DNA of 64,000 nucleotides from an uncultured Saccharospirillaceae bacterium (GTDB lineage Bacteria; Pseudomonadota; Gammaproteobacteria; Pseudomonadales; Oceanobacteraceae): NCBI GenBank assembly GCA_947499545.1, contig CANMOZ010000010.1, positions 52,775 to 116,774 of the forward strand, read 5' to 3'. Shown piece by piece: positions 60,328 to 64,000 of this stretch (position 1 is its first letter; each line of letters starts with the position of its first letter). The notes under the pieces were generated by a model. It saw only the letters and a program-made list of their open reading frames with translations, ran no database searches and was not told where the DNA came from. The position numbers and the translations under genes were made by a program.

Positions 60328-61683
60328 CTAGCAAGAATGACCATTCGCAACCTTTGCGGCCACCTCATTATTCTCACTATTTGATTTTTTAAGGCGTCCT
60401 GCCAATGCGTAGCATAGCCAAAGTGCTGGAACACCAAGCACAGCAGTATAGGCAAAAAACCATGCATAACCTACTTGATCAACAATCCATCCCGAAAAAC
60501 CCGAAACAATTTTTCCGATCAAAGTCATCAATGAACTCATTAAGGCATACTGTGTAGCGGTATAGGCACTTTGAGTAAGAGATGACATAAAGGCTATGAG
60601 CGCAACATTCGCGATCCCACCACCAAGATTGTCCGCAGCAATCACCAGCGCTAACAACCAGCTTTGTGCACCCATCCAATCCAATAAAATAAAAAAGAAG
60701 TTCGTCACTAAGGATAACCAGGCTCCCCAAATAAGGGGCCTCATTTGCCCCCATTGCAGAACCATCCAACCGCCCAACGCCGCTCCAAAAAGGGTCATAC
60801 CGAACCCAAAAATTTTCGAAATGGCGGCCACTTCTGATTTAGTAAATCCCGTTTCTAAATAAAAGGGCATGGCCATAACACCTAACGCCATGTCCATTAA
60901 TCGATAAAGCGCTATCAGCCCCAACAGCAACCACGCAAGCGAACCGTGAGATTGAAAGAAGCCTTTAAATGCGCCCACAGCACTGGCAATCACGCCTTCC
61001 TGATTAACAGCAGGTGACAACTGCTCATTGACATCTGGGTCACTGCCTTGAAAGGATGGCGGTTGATGGTGGGGCGATTCTTTTAACCAACTCACCAATA
61101 CCATAATGGGAATCATGGTCACGGCCATTACCGCATAAGCCATGGACCAATCCACTTGGTCTGCGATAAAAAGTGCACCGGCTCCTGCAAATAACAGCGC
61201 TGCCCGATAGCCAAAAATGTAATTGGCAACGGCTATGCCTTGAGCACTTTGTTCGACCGTTTCAATACGGTAAGCATCCAAAGCAACGTCTTGAGTCGCA
61301 GATGCAAACGCCACTATGAAGGCACCTGTAACAAGCCACCCTAAAGTTTCATTGGGGTGGCTATTGGCCATGCTCAGGAGGCCAATAATAACGCCTGCTT
61401 GAGAGAACAATAACCAGCTACGACGCCGACCTAACCGATGTAAAAATGGCAATCGATACTGATCAACACAAGGCGCCCATAAGAATTTTAAACTGTACGT
61501 AAGCCCAACCCAACTCAGAAAACCGATGGTTGTCCTTGCAACCCCAAAGTCAGATAACAAAGCCGACAGGGTTGAGAACACCAGTAAAAAAGGTAATCCT
61601 GCGCCAAATCCGAGCAACAGATAGGGCCAAGCCTGACGACTCAGAGAAGCCTGAATCGTGTTACGCCAACGTTGTATGGGCAC
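60328..61683 (-). CDS. ampG: AmpG-family MFS muropeptide permease
   Basis: LLLGFGAGLPFLLVFSTLSALL...TIGFLSWVGLTYSLKFLWAPCVDQY...LGRRRSWLL...ASATQDVALDAY aligns motif for motif with E. coli AmpG. Confidence 0.8.
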   Translation of the reverse strand: MPIQRWRNTIQASLSRQAWPYLLLGFGAGLPFLLVFSTLSALLSDFGVARTTIGFLSWVGLTYSLKFLWAPCVDQYRLPFLHRLGRRRSWLLFSQAGVIIGLLSMANSHPNETLGWLVTGAFIVAFASATQDVALDAYRIETVEQSAQGIAVANYIFGYRAALLFAGAGALFIADQVDWSMAYAVMAVTMIPIMVLVSWLKESPHHQPPSFQGSDPDVNEQLSPAVNQEGVIASAVGAFKGFFQSHGSLAWLLLGLIALYRLMDMALGVMAMPFYLETGFTKSEVAAISKIFGFGMTLFGAALGGWMVLQWGQMRPLIWGAWLSLVTNFFFILLDWMGAQSWLLALVIAADNLGGGIANVALIAFMSSLTQSAYTATQYALMSSLMTLIGKIVSGFSGWIVDQVGYAWFFAYTAVLGVPALWLCYALAGRLKKSNSENNEVAAKVANGHSC

Positions 61684-61693
61684 GTTACTTCAC

Positions 61694-62179
61694 TCAGTCT
61701 TTGAAATTCTTGAATTGTAATGGCAGAACAATGTCTTCAGCGGACTTCAACAGTTGCATAATGTCTTGCAACTCATCACGTTTTTTTCCGGTGACTCGGA
61801 CAGTTTCACCTTGAATAGAAGGCTGTACCTTGAGCTTAGTGTCTTTGATTTTCTTAACGATGGTTTTGCTTAGGGTTTTATCAATCCCTTGACGCAGCGT
61901 TGCTACACAACGAACCTGTTTTCCGGCCCCTTCAATATTGGAATACTCCACGCACCCGACCTTAATACCACGTTTAGCCAGGGCTGTTTCTAACAACTGC
62001 TTCATCTGATCAATTTGAAACTCTTCATTGGCAGCAAGACTGACAGTCGAGTCCTTCAACTCATAGGATGCATCAACGCCGTTAAAATCCCAGCGGCGAG
62101 TCAGTTCTCGCTTCGCCTGGTCAACGGCATTTTGGGTTTCATGCATATCGATTTCAGATACGATATCAAAAGAAGGCAT
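61694..62179 (-). CDS. yajQ: YajQ-family nucleotide-binding protein (UPF0234)
   Basis: MPSFDIVSEIDMHETQNAVDQAKRE ... IQGETVRVTGKKRDELQ ... LPLQFKNFKD is near-identical in pattern to E. coli YajQ. Confidence 0.93.
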   Translation of the reverse strand: MPSFDIVSEIDMHETQNAVDQAKRELTRRWDFNGVDASYELKDSTVSLAANEEFQIDQMKQLLETALAKRGIKVGCVEYSNIEGAGKQVRCVATLRQGIDKTLSKTIVKKIKDTKLKVQPSIQGETVRVTGKKRDELQDIMQLLKSAEDIVLPLQFKNFKD

Positions 62180-62396
62180 GTGTCGAATCCTCCAGAAAAG
62201 CCCTTATTGTAGGGGGAACTGAGCGACCAAGCAAAACCAATTCCTGTGCTTCATCACTCTTCATCGAAATTGCCCACTTTATACCTCTAATGAGGACTCC
62301 GGATCGCTCAATCGCCCGTCTCATCTTACCAAATCATCGAAATCGGCACAGTTACGGCATAAGGGTTTCGTGAATCTGTGAGGGAGAGTTCCTGAT

Positions 62397-63368
62397 ATGA
62401 GCCAATACCTACCCGAATGCCCAGAAGGCTACTACCTCATCCACCTGCCTTCAGCTCAAGGAAAGCATCCTATTTTTCGTTCGATTTTTGCTTATAACGC
62501 TTTTTTGGAGCGATTAGGTCAAGCGCAACACATGATGCAAACGAATGCATTGGCCTATGCCCTATTTCAGGATGAAATCATTCTCCTCAGTCAGGTCACA
62601 TGGCCCATCGAACACTGGGTTGATGCCTGGTCATTGGCGTATTCCAGATGGAGCCACCGGGTTCATGATCACCAAGGCAGTGTCTTTGCAGATCAATTCC
62701 ATGCCATTCATGTGCAACCCCAAGTCGTAACGGATGCCATTGGGTACGTACACACGGCTGTCATCTTGAAGGGGATTCAATCGATGTTGGATTACCCTTG
62801 GTCTTCACACGCAGCTTATGAAAGTGAAGCAAACACCGTATTAAAATGGTTAGATGTTGCAGGTGGCCTGCATCAATTCCACCAAACGCCTCAAATTGCA
62901 CAACATCGTTATTCGACGTTCATGCAGGGTTCTCATGCATCAAAACACCACCTAAGACAGCTTGCGTTGCATGGAAACGATCAAGATCTGCGCCGTTGGC
63001 AAGCACGCCCTACCGTGACAACCACCATCACTGGCAAACCAAAGGAACAACTGACTTCCCAAAGTTTTGATCACCTGTGTCAGTTTGATCGGACGCTTGA
63101 TCAAGCCGTACGTTTTGCAGAGCTTCAGTTAAAAGTACCCGCCGAAGCCATTTTGGGCTTCTCACGCCACCACCGAACGGCCGATGCCCGTGCCATTGCA
63201 GCCTGGATAGCATTACAAGAAACGGTTCCTAAAGACGCCATTGCTCAGTACTTTGAGATTGATTGGCCCATTCTCGAAGGACAAATTCGCTCAACTCAAG
63301 CACGCATGGGGGACTCGCCTTTGAATGAATTGCAACATCGCTGGCATGATGAACTGAAAAAAGCTTGA
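62397..63368 (+). CDS. Y1 (IS200/RAYT-like) transposase-like domain fused to a DnaA-C-terminal-like HTH; probably a domesticated or inactive derivative
   Basis: The C-terminus (SRHHRTADARAIAAWIALQETVPKDAIAQYFEIDWPILEGQIRSTQARM) fits the DnaA domain-IV HTH pattern. The N-terminal ~150 aa match the size and His pattern (YLIHLP...HAIHV) of HuH Y1 transposases, but the motifs are degenerate. Confidence 0.4.
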   Translation: MSQYLPECPEGYYLIHLPSAQGKHPIFRSIFAYNAFLERLGQAQHMMQTNALAYALFQDEIILLSQVTWPIEHWVDAWSLAYSRWSHRVHDHQGSVFADQFHAIHVQPQVVTDAIGYVHTAVILKGIQSMLDYPWSSHAAYESEANTVLKWLDVAGGLHQFHQTPQIAQHRYSTFMQGSHASKHHLRQLALHGNDQDLRRWQARPTVTTTITGKPKEQLTSQSFDHLCQFDRTLDQAVRFAELQLKVPAEAILGFSRHHRTADARAIAAWIALQETVPKDAIAQYFEIDWPILEGQIRSTQARMGDSPLNELQHRWHDELKKA

Positions 63369-63406
63369 TAGACTAACCCCTACCGCAGTGTGGAAGTGGG
63401 GTTTAA

Positions 63407-64000
63407 ATGAAAATCGATTGGCATATTTTAGGCCCAGGGGCCATGGGGTGTCTGTGGGGCGTGTATTTAAAGTCCCAACAACAATCGATCGGCTTTATTT
63501 CAAGATCAGAACCGCACTCAAACACCGTTTTACTTCAAAAAACAGGGTTAGAAGGTGAAGCCTCAATGGAGGTGCCGATTGCTACTGTCGCCTCTTTATC
63601 AGCTCCGATTGAACGCCTTTTACTTTGCACTAAATCTTACGACGGCATCACCGCCTTCGAAAACGTTCAACACTTGTTAACACCCAACGCTCAAGTCGTG
63701 TTGCTACACAATGGTTTCAACACCCAACAAAGTTTAGCGTCGACCTACCCTCAACACCGACTTTACGCGCTGGTCACATCCGTTGGCAGTTTCTTAAAAT
63801 CCCCTTACCAAGTGGTTCACGCTGGACAGGGAGATTCATTTATTGGCCCTTTAACCAAAACCGCAGCGGAGCACCCCATTCTCGAATTTCCATTAAACAC
63901 TCAGTGGGAACCTAACATCCATCAACGCTTGATCGACAAACTCTGTGTAAATGCCGTCATTAACCCTTTGAGTGTTTACTATCAATGCCAAAATGGGGAT
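63407..64000 (+). CDS. panE: 2-dehydropantoate 2-reductase (PanE/ApbA); partial, runs off the window end
   Basis: N-terminal Rossmann motif ILGPGAMGCLWG and the PanE-type fold pattern. Reading frame is open to position 64000. Confidence 0.78.
   Translation, partial: MKIDWHILGPGAMGCLWGVYLKSQQQSIGFISRSEPHSNTVLLQKTGLEGEASMEVPIATVASLSAPIERLLLCTKSYDGITAFENVQHLLTPNAQVVLLHNGFNTQQSLASTYPQHRLYALVTSVGSFLKSPYQVVHAGQGDSFIGPLTKTAAEHPILEFPLNTQWEPNIHQRLIDKLCVNAVINPLSVYYQCQNGD

Overview
This 64-kb window is gammaproteobacterial chromosome at roughly 45% GC. Its housekeeping blocks follow E. coli gene order: dnaK-grpE next to recN, yibQ-ctpA-envC-gpmI-yibN-secB, tolC next to yqiB-cpdA-yqiA-parE, sodB, maf, gspNCD, groESL-fxsA, ampG, yajQ and panE. 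An AT-richer accessory segment runs from about 19.2 to 47.7 kb. The stand-out feature is a tightly packed 11.4-kb minus-strand operon (23.7-35.1 kb): an unknown 209-aa protein, a PspA/IM30 homolog, an NfeD(YqiJ)-like protein, a YqiK-like flotillin, a giant 1882-aa coiled-coil AAA-type P-loop ATPase, a rhomboid protease and an MtfA-like Zn peptidase carrying a SEC-C motif. A perfect 14-bp-arm palindromic operator sits just upstream of it. Next to this operon is a pair that looks like a type III secretion chaperone plus a Q/T/N-rich effector-like protein, followed by its own terminator. After that comes a deleted IS3-family element with an in-frame orfA-orfB fusion. Further along are ~120-bp direct repeats flanking a 1.9-kb cassette, a remnant of a GH108 phage-type lysozyme gene, a LamB-family porin, and seven orphan paralogs of family-3 solute-binding proteins. 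Three textbook sigma-32 heat-shock promoters (dnaK, grpE, groES) and a perfect LexA box in front of recN are readable directly. No tRNA, rRNA or CRISPR array was found.
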